DNA of 64,000 bases from Hydrolagus colliei (GCA_035084275.1 CM068750.1:12586001-12650000), one strand, 5' to 3'; counted from the stretch's first letter, positions 26,184 to 40,412 are shown. Program-made: numbers and translations. The notes: generated from the letters alone by a model not told the origin.

Positions 26184-26560
26184 ATGAATCCAGGACCTTT
26201 TGAACTCTAATAAATGATGCTAATATTTGATGTGCAGAATCATGACTTGATGCTTTGGTGAGTTCATGGGTGGTTGGCTTGTCTAGCAGAATTGCATTTG
26301 CTGCTGTTTTTTGTTGCATGTAATCAACGTGTTTAGACCACTAAACTGACTTTGATCAGTGCTTGGGATGTCACCAATTTCTTGATAACGTGCAAGTGTC
26401 GTCTTCCAGATTTGCTGAAAAATAACTCAACTTAAAGCTTTTGGGATATAACCTAAGCTACAAACTCTAAACTATATGACTGCACGTTTTCTAACTGTAC
26501 GAGAAGGACATAAAACAATAGTTTGGTACTTCTGTTCATCTGTAATTTCATATATGTGGA

Positions 26561-26566
26561 AATAAA
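26561..26566 (+). other. Candidate polyadenylation signal for NKX2-8 (alternative AATAAA at 26209-26214)
   Basis: AATAAA about 380 nt after the stop codon; usage cannot be determined from sequence. Confidence 0.35.
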
Positions 26567-29500
26567 GCTGCAATAAGTTACTTTACAAATGAAATAATTG
26601 TATTTCGAGTTTTTGAAAGTAGCTACCAAATACACTGCATTGATAGGCATATCGTATTGGTACTCTGAAACCATTAGAATTTATAGTTATTTTGTATTCA
26701 TATATTAGTAATGTTTTAAATGAATTACAGTGTTTATAGTTTGGTTTTCTCAGTATTAAAAACTAGGTTATATTTGACATGCTGATAGAACCGTTTCCTT
26801 CTTTTCAATGGAGATGATAGATTGATTAGTCTATCTATGTTCATTGCTGCTCAAGCGAAAGATGTTTTCTGAGGTTTTATGTTGAAGTTATCAATGCTTT
26901 AAATCCAAATTCTGAACCAAATGTGTATTTATGCATACTAATTGATTGGACATTGACAGATAAAGGCTATAGGAAGAAATTCTCTACTGTTTACTGAAAT
27001 CCACCAATAATAGAGGATTAATAGATTTCACAGGGGAAATTAAATTAAACGTAAGAAAAAATAGTCTGTTTCAATTAAAAACAGAGTAACAGTTACGCTC
27101 TTTTTTTTAACAAAAAACGGAGTAACGTTATATGTACACATACATTGCAGTGCATTGGTAATGCGAATGGATGCTATTAGATTAAATCAATACCTGTAAT
27201 AAAATTGTGGTCTGATGACATTATAGAAGAGGAATAACCACCTTTTGATATTAAATAGATATGGAACTGTTCAGACGAACGGCTCGCTCTTGTCCTTGAG
27301 CAAAACGATTAATATTTTCTCGGTTAATAAGCTATGGATTATTCCCAGGTTCTGGCTTTGTAAGTTCAGGTAAACTGGGTGGATGCCTTAGTTTCGTGTT
27401 CGTTTTACAGTTTGTATTTGTGGCCCTTGACAGTCTTTGCTAATCTTGACTCCAAATGCCTTGTTACACAGTCTGTATATTTTACATAATTGTATAATTC
27501 TAAAAGTATGAAAACATAAATTCGGCACAATGGACGGTTATTTGGTTTCAGTAATATCCCAATTATATATTGTTCAGTTTGTGTTTATTGGGGCCTTGAA
27601 TTGTTTGTAAAGATGTTTACCTTTAATATGTTGTTGACCACGTTTGAGATATGAGTAAATACATTTCCATATTGTTTAGAAATATATTTTGTATTCTGCT
27701 ACAACCTCCTCTACGCTGCTTGGAGACCATTAAAGGGATATTTTAAGTATTTGATTTCCTTATGCTGTAACTTAGTTGTAAAACTCGCATATCATTATGT
27801 AACTTGTAAATACTTAGTTCACTGCGTACGTTGTGTTCTTCTAAGCGCTTGTTACCGAGGTAATGGTCACATTTTGTAAGACAACGTACCAATTTCAATT
27901 CTAGTTCCTGTATAAAAGTGTTTAAATAGAATGTGAATCGCTCTCACTAACACACAACTACTCCGCGAATCCCTACGGAATAGCCTGCGTCGTATTTGGC
28001 CATAAACAAAAGATTCACTCAGAGCAAGTTTGGGATGATTGTTGTTTAAAGTTCGGAGGCAAGTTGTGACAGCCGAAATAAGGAGGAAATGAATAAAACT
28101 TAGACCAATTCAAAGATAGGCTATCCATCATTTTATAGTGAATAAGATTTCAGAGCCATCCATCATCCAAAGCTTTAATTTTCATCTTTAAACGGTCAAT
28201 GGAAAAAATATAAATGTATTTATTAATGACTCAATACTCTTCTTTTCCAACTCAGTATAGCTAAACTGAAAACGATACAAGGACCTCGCCATTATTCTGA
28301 CACGGGTTGACTGTGTTTCTTTTAATTGTAAGAGACTTGTGAGGTACGTTGATATATAGAATTATTTCGAGTGGAAAACTTGATGTGTGCTGAATACTGA
28401 GATAGTTTCATATGCTGCCCTTTATCTGTGATGTTCGAGATATAAGCAAATGTTTTCCAACATGTATAGGTTGAAATGCAATGGTTGATTAAACGATTTT
28501 TTAAAAAAGACAAAAAAAGACTACATTGAAGTATAAGTTATAATTCCGTGTATGGAAGAACTTTTAACTAATGGAGTTTACATATTCATCAAGGAAATCC
28601 GTGTCAGAGTAAGAGCAGCGTGTGATTAAATGTGTGTTTAAATGCTAATTGTCCATTTGGAGCTAAACGCTTGCATTCATTGGGCCTTTAATATTACTTC
28701 AGAACATAGTTTGTATTTTTGTTAAAGAAAACTTTTTGTTTTACCAAGTAAGTACATTCAACATTCAGCTGAATATATTTAAACAGTAGCACAGCTCACA
28801 AAGTTGTCGTTTGTCTCAAGAGTAAAAATGCGTGAGTTGTGTTTTTCTAAGCACATTCAAGGGTTCTACGTTGTGGTAATAAAAGTTCATTATACATTAC
28901 AAAACTGATCGTGACAAACGATAAGAATTTCACTGTGCTAATTTAAATATTTCCAATATTATATTGAACCCCTAAAGTATGGGATCAGTGTTTCAAAAAG
29001 CCACACGAACGGCCTATTCTCCAATTGCATATTTAACAAGTATCTTAGGAAACGCTATGATTGTTTCAAAGAATCATGGCACATTTAGAAAACTGACAAC
29101 ATACACTCTCGGCAGATCTCATCAAGAATCATAGCAAGACTTGGATCTCACTGTGTATGTATTGGGGGAGAGGTTAAGCAGTTTATATCGGCACAATAAG
29201 TGCTAAAAAAAAAACGGTAAAAGGGAAGGTTGTTGGAAAGAGAAAGTGAAATGTAGGAGGCGTACATTTTGATGAACGTTGCTGCGTGTCTCGACCCTAT
29301 GTTGTCTTTGCTGCCTGTTGGGCAGGAGATGAGGCTGGCACCGTCACCTGGACTCTTTGTCTCAGCTGATGTCCTCCGTGTATTCCATATGGATGTAGCC
29401 TCAGAGAATCTCCACAGAATCACCATTTAAACCCTCTTTGTGTCCTGGGCTGAAAGGACCATTGTCGGATGTGAATAGGATGCAGACAAATTCCGCAGTG

Positions 29501-29982
29501 TTTCAATTCAGAACTTTTTAATCAGTCCCTGGTGACAATTTTATGGTTTAGGGGAGGGCACAATAGCATCTTTTAAAACATTGTAACCTTCATGAAAACA
29601 AAGGACATGATTTCGATGAGATCACAATAACTTTTCTGGAACTGGGTGATCTTGTTAACACATTACGGTGTTTCAAAGGCGCTTTAACAGATCCATTAAT
29701 ATACGTTGGTGCAACAACTGACGTTTTAAACATGCAAATAAATGTATCACTGCTTCCATTCTTACTTTCTAATTCAGACGATTTTCCTTTATGCGTTCGT
29801 ACCGCTGAGCTTTCAATATAAACAAATAACGCACACAATCATCAAGCTACTAAGATTTTTAAAGAATGTAAAAATATATTTCAGGATTTTGACTTATTTC
29901 CTCATGTTCCTTTGACTAAAACTATAAAACTGTTCTTTACTTTTAAAAAAAAATATTTGCATTGGCCCAATTTCTTAGTTTA

Positions 29983-30315
29983 TAATAATATATAGCAACT
30001 TATCACGTTTTTGAGTAATCTCAAAGTGCTTCACAGAATATACTTTAAAGTGAATTGACTGTCTACTTTGTGGGCAAAACTTATGCACAGCAGTGTCCCA
30101 CTTAACAGTCATGGATTGAGTGACCAATTTTATCATTTTTTGAAGGAACTATTATCCTGGAAAAGCCATCCCCCAATCAATTAACAACTGGGTTCCTACT
30201 TACTGATAGGTAAACAGAGGCATGTGGAGTAAGGAAACTTACCCAATGATTCACATTGCCGGGAATCGAACCCAGTCAAGGCAAGTGCTCTAACCATTGA
30301 GCTGCAGGACTCCAC
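29983..30315 (-). mobile_element. Near full-length SINE (same family)
   Basis: Tail, Deu-like body and tRNA-like head (gggaatcgaaccc...aaccattgagctgcaggactccac). Confidence 0.8.
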
Positions 30316-30319
30316 AGTT

Positions 30320-30555
30320 AATAATAATAATAATCCTTGCATTTGATATAGCACTTTTCACATCTTCTAGATATCTCAAAGCACTTCACAGAATATTGTG
30401 TAAAGTTAATTGATTATATATGTGGGTGAAATGTGGCAGCCAATTGCGCACAGCGGTGTCCCACAAGCAGTCATGGATTGAAATGACCAATTTTTTTTTT
30501 TTTTAGGGATTAGTGTTAGGCAGAGTAAGGAGATCTACCCAAGGTTTCATCCAGT
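30320..30555 (-). mobile_element. Second SINE copy directly adjacent, 5'-truncated
   Basis: (AAT)n-ccttgcatttgatatagc...cagccaattgcgcacagcggtgtcccacaagcagtcatggattgaaatgacc. Confidence 0.82.
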
Positions 30556-30759
30556 TTAATCTGAATTAATACAGAGTTATCCCATCTGTACCTTTGAATA
30601 CTGTATTTTATATATGTCAATGAAGTCTTTTAACTGGCTTCTTTCTGGACGATACAGATTAGGGCTGAAATTCTTCCCCTTGTAAATTGATGCTGAACAT
30701 TTCTGTGTACTTCAACCTCTTTAAACCACGAGTCAGACTTATTCCTTCTCTGAGGTATG

Positions 30760-30821
30760 GTGCCTTTGGATGTCCTCCCGACGTGAAAGGTTCTCTATAA
30801 ATGTAATCCTGTTGTTGTTGT
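30760..30821 (+). mobile_element. L2-type 3' tail remnant
   Basis: tgcctttggatgtcctcccgacgtgaaaggttctctataaatgtaatcctgttgttgttg. Confidence 0.6.
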
Positions 30822-31574
30822 CTGGATCTAGAGAAACCTTTGAAGAGTGAAGCTGGGGAGGATGGGGAGGTGAACTTTGGAAAAATCTATGCACGGATAA
30901 GAGATTTTACAGCAGCAGTGAGGGCGAGGTAGGAGCATAAGTAGGAAAAGTCCTAGGAGGCAGTCTTGATGTTTGATCAGGTATGGAGTTTGAAACTCAA
31001 TTCAGCAATAAAGCAAGGGCAAGGTTGCACACCTCAACCTATATAAAGGTTGTACATGTAACGTTTGAGGCATCATCAACCCTGTACTCCATCTGTGTTC
31101 AGACACAGTTCATTGTAGAGTCCTGGGATGATCATTGGAGACTTGTACTATACTACATCCCACCCTTTTATGTATTTGAAATATAAAATTACTTTGCCTC
31201 ATTATCCTAACATGAAACTAATGAGTTTACCCTTCCTTCTGGATCCCCTTTCTAGGAATTTCTGTGCAGTAATATTCACTTTATCCTAACGATGCAAGTA
31301 TTCTCACTGGATGTACAATACTTCACTTTTAAATATTTATTAAGCCTGCAGTATTTTGGATTTCTTCTGTTATATTTTGTTCCACTCCATGTCTCCAATT
31401 CTCTCTTTATTTTAGTATGGTCCAGAACAAATATGCCAATTTTACATTTAAAATGTTTGATAATTTGGAAGAATTACATTATTTTTCTACCATTACAAGA
31501 GCAAATTATATTGGAGTTGCAACAAGCCCAAGAGGACAACAGTACAGGAAGCATTTGTAAAAAAAATATATAGT

Positions 31575-31845
31575 ATAATCCTTGCATTAGATAAAGCACC
31601 TTTCATGTTTGGAAATTGTCTGACCATGACACAAAGATAAACTCTATTCTTTTTGACTAATGCCATGTGAGTTCAATGTCCACTTGAATAGGTTGGCAAG
31701 ACTTTGGTTTAATGTCTCATCCAATGGATTGCAGCTCTGACAATGTTGCACATTCCTGGCAATGCATTGGGTAGGTGAGTTCAAAGCTGATATGGGTCTT
31801 GAAACAACAACTTTCTGACTCAGGGAGATGAGCCAAGTTGACTGA
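31575..31845 (-). mobile_element. Old DeuSINE remnant
   Basis: tgccatgtgagttcaatgtccacttga...ggtttaatgtctcatcc...ctgacaatgttgca...cttgaaacaacaactttctgactcag; tail remnant at 31575. Confidence 0.55.
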
Positions 31846-34149
31846 TTCTGACTGACTGTCAGAGTTAAAACAACCACAACTTCTTTCATCAAATTATGGT
31901 TTTATGAACTTCAATACACCCACAAGATTTAATTCTGGCTGAACTACCACCAGTATCTGCTAAATAGGTGAATGGATATAACAAATTATCTTTATGCTAT
32001 ATAGAAGACAGTGTAGATGAATAGCATAACATGTGCCATTTTTTTAAATTTATAACCAGGTGAATAACTACATTAATGGTTCATTGCAAGCCAAATTCGA
32101 AAAGTAGCAGAGGAACAAGAGAGAATGAAACCAGAGGCGATGGGAGGATCACCTTTCCTAAGGCAAGCATGATTAACGTTTGCATTCATGTCCTACAATA
32201 GATACAATAAAGTACCTTCCAAATCTCACATTGGACAACTAAACTAATAAGACCACCTAGGTCAGCAGTTCAACATGCTTATTATGTTGAAGATAATATT
32301 GGTTGCAGTTATGAAATGAATAAATATGTAAAACCAAGTAAATTTGATCATCATAATGACTATTTACTGATGAATAGAATTTGTATTATATCAAAGGTAA
32401 TAAACTGAATTAAGAATATGTTTGCAATAAATAGGATTTAGGATTCCTGCAGGATTGGTGGCTCTACTACATAACTACAACCAATGCTAAATAAGTGATC
32501 CAGTATTGTGCAAAACACTGTCAAAAATGTATATGTATTTTGGATTCTCATTCAAAATACAAGCACAAAGTGTTCATAAATTATATTCCAAGTCAGAGGA
32601 TCGGAAACTGCACAATCAATTATAGCTATTATCATAGCATGTCATAGCTATCTTTTCTCCACAAAATTTAAATATATGTCTGTGGATGATTTGTTAAAGT
32701 TACTAGCGCTAATGTAGTCTTTGGAAGATTATATATTATGACTAGAACCGTTTTACATTTACCTAATATTTCCTCTAGCAAGAATAAATATTGTCTACCA
32801 GTTCTAATTTTTCAAAAAAAAGTTTGTCTCCACTAAACAATGGTACTGTCCTTCTGAGTGCAAGGATTTGACCAGAAATCGAAAGAGAAGCATGGTAGAA
32901 TTGAATGCACTATAAATACTCTATTGGTCGCAATATTTATTAAATATGAAACACATTATAATGCAATAGTAAAATGTGTGGAATGCAAGAATTACCAAGA
33001 AAATGAAACAATCTAATATGTTAAATCACAGTCCTATTATTGCTGCGATAAACAAATATGATATCGAGTGAATTACAAAGAGTTCTTACTGTATCAATAC
33101 TAAATACTTACTAGAACACTTCTCTATTCAGTTAAGTAATACATACAGTTAAACTACTCAAATAAAGTAACACGTGTTGGGGACTACAATACAATTGTTG
33201 ATGAAAGAAATTGAGGGGGAATCAGTTAACCTTGTGCAAATTTATTTTTTCTATGTTTGATGTGTTCTGGTCGCACCGATGTCCTTGTTTAGATTTTTTT
33301 TTACATTTCACTTTACGTGTAATTATCTGAAAGGTGTAATACCATTGTAGTGTTTGGCATGTCTGTCCAAACTTCTGTGATCCTATCATGAAGTTTTAGA
33401 CACCAACATTATTTCTTCACATTTAAATCGTGACTTTGTATATGTATGTTTAATGAAACAATTCAGTCAATACTGAAGTAACCGATTGTCATTTGAAAGA
33501 TGTTTTACTAATAACATCAAATGCACAGATTTCCGATAGTGATTTTTGTCCAATGGATCTCTCCACGTTTTGTCCCATCAAATACCAGCTGCTTTATCTT
33601 TTCATATCACTTTAAAATACTTGTCAAACATTACTAGATTTTCTTTTGTGTCTTTAGTACAGTTTTTAAAGCTGAAAATCACCATCTTAACTTGTTTTAA
33701 ATAAAAAAAAGTAACCCAACATCGATGCTTAACAATTATTCACGGAAACTGCCTTAAATGAATTATTGATCTGAGAGTCAGTGATTTCATTATTTCAACT
33801 GCTAATTCATCATACAGTACTAACCATCCCCAAACTGCCCCAGTGTTACAAGATATAGGGTAACATTGTGAATTTGAACTTGTTCTTCTTTGATAATCTA
33901 AACTATTTAAAACTTTTACTTTTGGAGTCCATCTGGCATCATTATGATTGATAGAGATATAATTTCAGTAATATGACTACAGGTGACCAATCATTGTTTC
34001 AATGTATTTATGAAGCCATGTATTTGGCTTCACACATGAAAAGAAAAAATATTTCATTGTGTAAAATAAACTTTTTAAAAAAACAAATATTTGAGTTTAA
34101 AACGTAAAGCACAGGGAGTCCACGGTAGCAGCTGGTAACTTCTAAATAA

Positions 34150-34246
34150 CAATAATAGTAATCCTTGCATTTGATATAGCGCTTTTCACGTCGTCTGGAC
34201 GTCTCAAATCGCTTCACAGAATATACTGAAAAGTGAATTGACTGTA
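34150..34246 (-). mobile_element. SINE tail fragment
   Basis: aatccttgcatttgatatagcgcttttcacgtc...cttcacagaatatactgaaaagtgaattgact. Confidence 0.78.
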
Positions 34247-34797
34247 TACAAGTCGGAAAGTTCCATCATAATATCTCTTGACATTGCTGCGTGTGAGTTA
34301 AATAGTGCTACTGTACCTGAGCGGAAGGGCATGACTACTGTATATTCTATACTGTCACACACTTTGGGACGATATAAAACTGCAAGTTGTCGTTGTATAT
34401 AACTGAGGGGGGTCTGCTCACGCTATTCTAATACCTTATTTTCTAAACAATGTGCGCCTGTGGACCCCGATTTCAGTACAACACATTAGGACAAGACAGC
34501 GAAACCAGACATCACTGCTGATCGAGGTCGCCGTCAATCAGATCCTTTTTGACGCTCCAAAGTATATCCTACGAGGCAGTGTCCATCTCCCAAGGTTGAC
34601 CTATGATTTCACTTGTGCAATTCCAATGCACCATTACAGCTCCAATCTAAATTAACCAGAGTATCAAACAATAGCTAAAGGGTTGGGCATTGAATATTAT
34701 GGATAGCGTTGGTGCCGGTTAAACATACAATTAATTCCACCAAATAACTGCTGAAGAATCCACATTGAGCAAAACCATTAAAGAATCCAAGGTGTCA

Positions 34798-34950
34798 AAC
34801 AACAACAACAACAACCATTTGCACTTATGTAGCGCCCTCCACGCAGGGTAGCGTCTTAGAGCGCTAAACAGCAGTGGGGTGGGAGGTGGCCATCAGCTCA
34901 GGACTTGAAAAGCGGGAAAGAGGGACAAGGCTGAGGGAGTGAGGGAAAGT
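34798..34950 (-). mobile_element. L2-type 3' UTR/tail remnant
   Basis: (AAC)n catttgcacttatgtagcgccctccacg...gagcgct followed by a purine-rich tract. Confidence 0.55.
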
Positions 34951-36878
34951 GGTGATTTTTGGTATGGAACTTCACTGGAAGTTCTACGGGATGTATTTTT
35001 TTTTATCGGTGGAGTTCCACGAATAAGTTGTGCATTTGGGTTTCGCGTTTTTAATGGTATTAAAGAGAAAATATTGTATTGTCTTTTGTAAAAAAATTAA
35101 AATATCTCTTAAATTCTCGGCTAATCCAATCGCAGAGACTATTTATATTGTGGGAAGCACCAAACAGATTTCCCTTACATTAGCCATTTGCCCAGCCCAA
35201 GATAATTTGAGTATTTGGGCTTTCACACCAATCCTTTAGGTCCACATACATGGCTTAGACCGAACTTATACTTAGTTTTGTACCAGTTTGTCACGAAAAC
35301 TGGGTAAAGATTATCCTATTACCTGGAATAAAGAAAATTGCCTCAAAACTGTGCCGTACAAACTGTTCGAAAGAGAACTTTAATATTAAAGATATTCCGC
35401 GTTTCTGTTAAAACCCTGATAGTTAAACCGGGAATAGTTGAAGCATTCCAGAAGAGGGCGTCAGGAATTGGGTTCCTTATCTTTAGCGTTCAACAGAAAG
35501 CGGACATTAACCCATCTTTCTTTTCAATACGGTATACTATTTTGTGACATTTTAAGTTCGTAATAATGTTGTTATGGCAAAGATTGTACATTGAGGCGGT
35601 ACAGAAACTGACCTGTAATTCGTGTGTGAATAGGAGTTTTACAAACCGCTTGCACTGATTGATAATATCTACTTATTAACAAATGAAATACTTTCAGAAG
35701 TTATATGATTAAACTCCATAGTTTGCACGTGCTCTGCACTATCCCAGTATCCACACGGTGCAAATCTTAAAGCGTATAAATTGTTCTTTGGATCGATTGT
35801 AAGCTAGTGCTCACAAACCCTTCCATTTGGAGCATTTCAATGATACAAAATAGTCAGCCTCTATTCACACCGCGGGTGTGAATTAAGTAAATTGGACAGA
35901 CTTTAAAGTGTTCCTTTCGATGTTTAGAATGAACAGTTGGTGTCGCTGTTTTATTAGATTTGTAGCTTTGTGTGTCTGGCTGCAGGCCCGGCAAACTGCA
36001 TCTTTCCCAAAACAAAATTGCCATTGGCCGCCAGATCCTGTTAGTTTCATCTTTCATTGACTTTTTATGCAGCGTAACTGCGCCTTAAAGTTTATTGTGA
36101 ACAAGTCAAAGCCCGGCGTAGAATTTAAATGTAGATTGGGGATTTTGTAGGGGCCATGCGGCAGACTATTTTTTTCCCACAGACATATCTCTCAAACAGC
36201 CATGAAGTGATACAATGAATACAAAATGCAACTCAGTACTGTATGATTCGCTTTTTGCAACTTGAGTCCAACTATCCGGCTACATTCTCTTTTTCAGATC
36301 AGTATCCTATACAGTTTCCAGTAGATTTATATTGACACGTTCGCAAAGAAACATATTCCGGATGATCAGATTGAAGGAGATGTTATTTTATCTCCTGCTT
36401 AATTTCTGAGCAATTTGAAATAACTCTTAAATAAAAATGTCCTTAGTTTAATCCATTCAGTCTTAAACTTATTATTATTATTATTATAAACGCTCTTCTC
36501 TGTGTTTCGTCCAACAACACGTCCAGACCTCGGGTTTTCATCACTAGATGATAACGATTGTATTCACACAATGAATGGAAGCTCAAACATTTGTCAAAAG
36601 TCTGATGCGAGTTCCTGTTTTACTCTTGGGACGTTGCATAGGCAGACAGATCGAGCCAACAGAGTGACAGCAGTACTGTACTGTATTGTAATCCCACATG
36701 TGATGTAATATCTGATCCATAATTGAAATGGTAAAACAAAACCAAAAACAACCACACAGTATTGCAATAAGGTTGAGAGTCTCATGCTTTTTGGGGAAAA
36801 AAATGCTAATTTCCTCGGATGCATTCATTGTGCAGGAAGGGAACATTGTCCTGATTGTTTTCTACTTTTGTTATATAT

Positions 36879-36922
36879 ACACACACACACACACACACAC
36901 CCCACACACACACACACACACA
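36879..36922. repeat. (CA)n microsatellite, interrupted
   Basis: Direct reading. Confidence 0.9.
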
Positions 36923-38381
36923 CCGCCCTCGAACACCAAAGATAGAGTTTACCTATTCAGTCAATAAATCAAAATGGCATAATGCAGAGTGAGAGAGAAA
37001 ACAAGGTGCCCTAAAGATACATACCGTTCTAAGAGATCAGGAAATTCAAGACTATCCTGCCCGTTACACTCGGTCGGGAAGGCTGTTTAAGGATTTGTGT
37101 TCGATGTTCCTATTATCATCTCACCCCAGATGCGAGTCATTCTGTCTGCACTTCGTCCACAGCCAGGAACCCAGCCAGCTGCCTCTTCAGTCTTTATATG
37201 CCCTGAATTCATGGTGCTTGGGAGTAGCGTGTTCACTACTTGGATGAAGAAATGACCTATTAATTCTAATTTCCCTTGTGTGATTTCTTGGTTGCGAATG
37301 TTTCAGCCTTAGTGACCATGCTTCTGCTTCCTCGCTGACCGACTTTCCTGCAGCTTGCTTCGTTTCGTAATTTCGTGAACAGTTCATTCATTTCCATTGT
37401 AGGAGTGAATTGGTCGAGTCCAGCCTTTTTGTAAAGTTTGCCGATCTTCCTCCTGGAATCCTCCCTGGTGTCCTTAAAACTGTTCCCTCTGCCTTCGCTG
37501 TTTTCTATGTATCCACGCAATGTTCAAGTGTGCTGTCATGAATGGGTTACAGGCTATCTGTGTTGATTTGTTGAATTTTTTGCTGTACTTGTCGATGCCT
37601 CGGTTGCCTTTTGTCATCGTGACTTGACCCTGTGGAGATGTGTCCAGAAACTGCCCAACAAGCACCAGTTGTTTCTGCCCTACATTGGCTAAAGGTATCA
37701 CTCATTATATAACGTACAAACTCAATCATACAGTAGATACTTTTGTTTAGGATCGATGCACTAACCTTCAATCGCCATTAATAGTGAATGTCGTTTCTCC
37801 TCGTGTATCTTGTGAGAAGCTGAGTGAATGTGTTTGACCTGCGTTGTGGGGGACCATTGCAACCATACTACATATTTTCTCTACTATGTTATTAACTGAT
37901 AAAATGGTAGTTTAAGATCCTCGCATTGCTCTGTGTGTGACCTCTCAAGAAACGCACAACAGTGACTAATACGATTTTTCTAAAGAAGTGGGATTCCAGT
38001 TGTGAATGAAGCAAAGTTTTGACCAAGTTATTTATCCATTGACCGTTTTCTTTACCTGTATCTTTTGAGAAAACCATTAAGTTAGTAGAAACGTAGGTTA
38101 TCAGTCTATTTTTAGATCCTGAATAGTTGGAATATTTGGGGAAGAACGTGATGGCATAATTGCATATTATATTGTCATCTCTGGGACATTGCTTAGATTG
38201 GGGCAAATGCTTCCTGCTTCAGTAAACTCTAAGATCTTCGCGTTAAATGAGGCTCGTATGTTTCGACACAATTTAAATTTACACCATAATCTGGTTATGA
38301 TTCTGCAGCTAATTTAGCAGTCTACCTACCATGTGTTATTAGAAATTGAATGGCAGAAATGACAGTAATGGGTGCTCCTTT

Positions 38382-38384
<3 letters not shown>

Positions 38385-38442
<58 letters not shown>

Positions 38443-38453
38443 ACACACACACA
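38385..38453. repeat. Compound (TG)n(TA)n(TG)n(CA)n microsatellite
   Basis: Direct reading. Confidence 0.9.
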
Positions 38454-39029
38454 ATAAAAAAGGAACACTTTGTTTTAATTCATTTATAGTTCAAAAAATA
38501 TATCCCGGTTATAAAATTCAAGTGGTTGTCAAATTCTGGTCACCAACATGATAGTTTTGTGAAATCGGGGATTTAGAATATAAGTGGTTAGATTCAAAAT
38601 AGATCGTTTGGTAAAGTCAAACACGTACAATTGAGCTGTACAGTGGGTATTTTTAAAAAGTGCATAGTCACTATATTAACATGTTAATTAACGTACAAGC
38701 ACACTTTCTATAATTTATTTGATGAAGCTTTCCTAAAGACCGAACCTCCATCTTCGAAATAAGCACAACAAATATTGACCGTTCGCCGTTTGGTTACCAT
38801 TGTTGACAAAGGAAAGAATATTTTTAAATCAACTCCAAAGGAAGCTGCCATTGTCAATGGAAGCTAATTGACCTCATTACCTGGACAGAAAAGGACTTGG
38901 TGGAAATAATTAGCCATGGTTAGTGAAATCCTGAAATCAACAAATTAATACACCTCAATGAAGTTATATAGAAATTCTAATCAGTCTAAGCTTCCTTTAA
39001 GAAGGAGGTGCATTCATATCTACTTGTGT

Positions 39030-39120
39030 AGTTGGATCTTTTACGTCCACCTCAGCAGGCGGTTAAAGGTCTCATCCTAATAGCAGCACATCCACCAATA
39101 CTGTCCCGCCATACACTGTA
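39030..39120 (-). mobile_element. Old DeuSINE core remnant
   Basis: ggatcttttacgtccacctcagcaggcggttaaaggtctcatcc...cagcac. Confidence 0.5.
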
Positions 39121-40196
39121 TTAATTAAATCAAGTCTTTGAAATTAGTGGAGAATAAAAATAAGCAGGTATTTCAGGACAGCATTCTGAAATTAATTCAA
39201 CAGATTTCCTTTAATAGCTAAGAAAATGTACCTTTCTGTACTTAATGAATTGGGGAAGAAGCTTAAATCATTATAAATACCATTTATTAAGCCAATCTTT
39301 ATTTAGCCAGTATACTTGCATATGTGTATATACCATGTTAATGCATTGCTGATTCTAATCGATTCAATATTATACTATGTTTTAATTACTGAATATGTAA
39401 TTGCTCCAGAATATGTCTACTTTATGGCATTTCACTCAATAACATTCAATAACAAATAAACGCATGGTTTGTTAACAAATACTTTATTTGAAATAACTTC
39501 TATTTAAATATATTGTCCATATTCCTGTACTTTCATACTTAATTTGTCTTTTATGCCATTGATTATTCTGCAACCTTACTAGTACTGGTCCATTTTTTTC
39601 CTTTTAAGATATATATTTGTAAATGTTCACAAAATTCCCAACATTTTCAAAATATGAAAACGATAGAAAATTGTTTACTTCTAATATATTCATAATTCCA
39701 CGAAACTAATGTAACATCAGGGCTAGCAATTCAGAATGACAAAAATATATATGATCTCAGAGAGTCTGAGAAGATATCTGTACGTGTTTATAAACGTATA
39801 TAGTGAAGGCAAATATCACATAAATGCTTAGTACCGGTTGTAATCGGCCCTTCTCTTCCTGAAGTGCCAATTAACTGTTTGGAGATTACAGGTCACTGCT
39901 AGGCTTGTCCCAGACATAGTAGTGATCTTACAGCATGAATGAAAAACATTGTTCTATTGATCGCACTGTAACAGGAAATTATAATGGCCTCTAAAGATTC
40001 AAATTCAAGGAATAGTAAAGGTTTTAGAATGAAATAGCTCACTGTTCATGAGGTGTTTTTGTCTATTACCCATTGCCAAGCCCTCCCATTTCCAGTTTGA
40101 ATGTCACGAATAGAACTAATTACCACTGTCGTAAACCCAGATACAATTTAAAAAAATTATAAATCATGAAACCGACGAATGGAGGAAGCAGAACAG

Positions 40197-40412
40197 TAAT
40201 AATATAATAATCCTTGCATTTTATATAGCACCTTATCACTTAGCCAAAGCGCTTGGCAGGCGTTATTGTAATTGTAATGACCGAGTATTTGTGAGCGAGA
40301 AAGTACTGTTTTGGTGTGTCAGGCTGGACTAGGAGTTCAAAATCCCAATCTCGGACATCAAACCACAATCTTTTGACTCAGAGGCCAGTCAGTATACTAC
40401 TAACTGAGCAGG
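40197..40412 (-). mobile_element. Degraded SINE remnants (tail plus tRNA-like head)
   Basis: ataataatccttgcattttatatagcac tail; accacaatcttttgactcagagg...actaactgagc head remnant. Confidence 0.5.
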
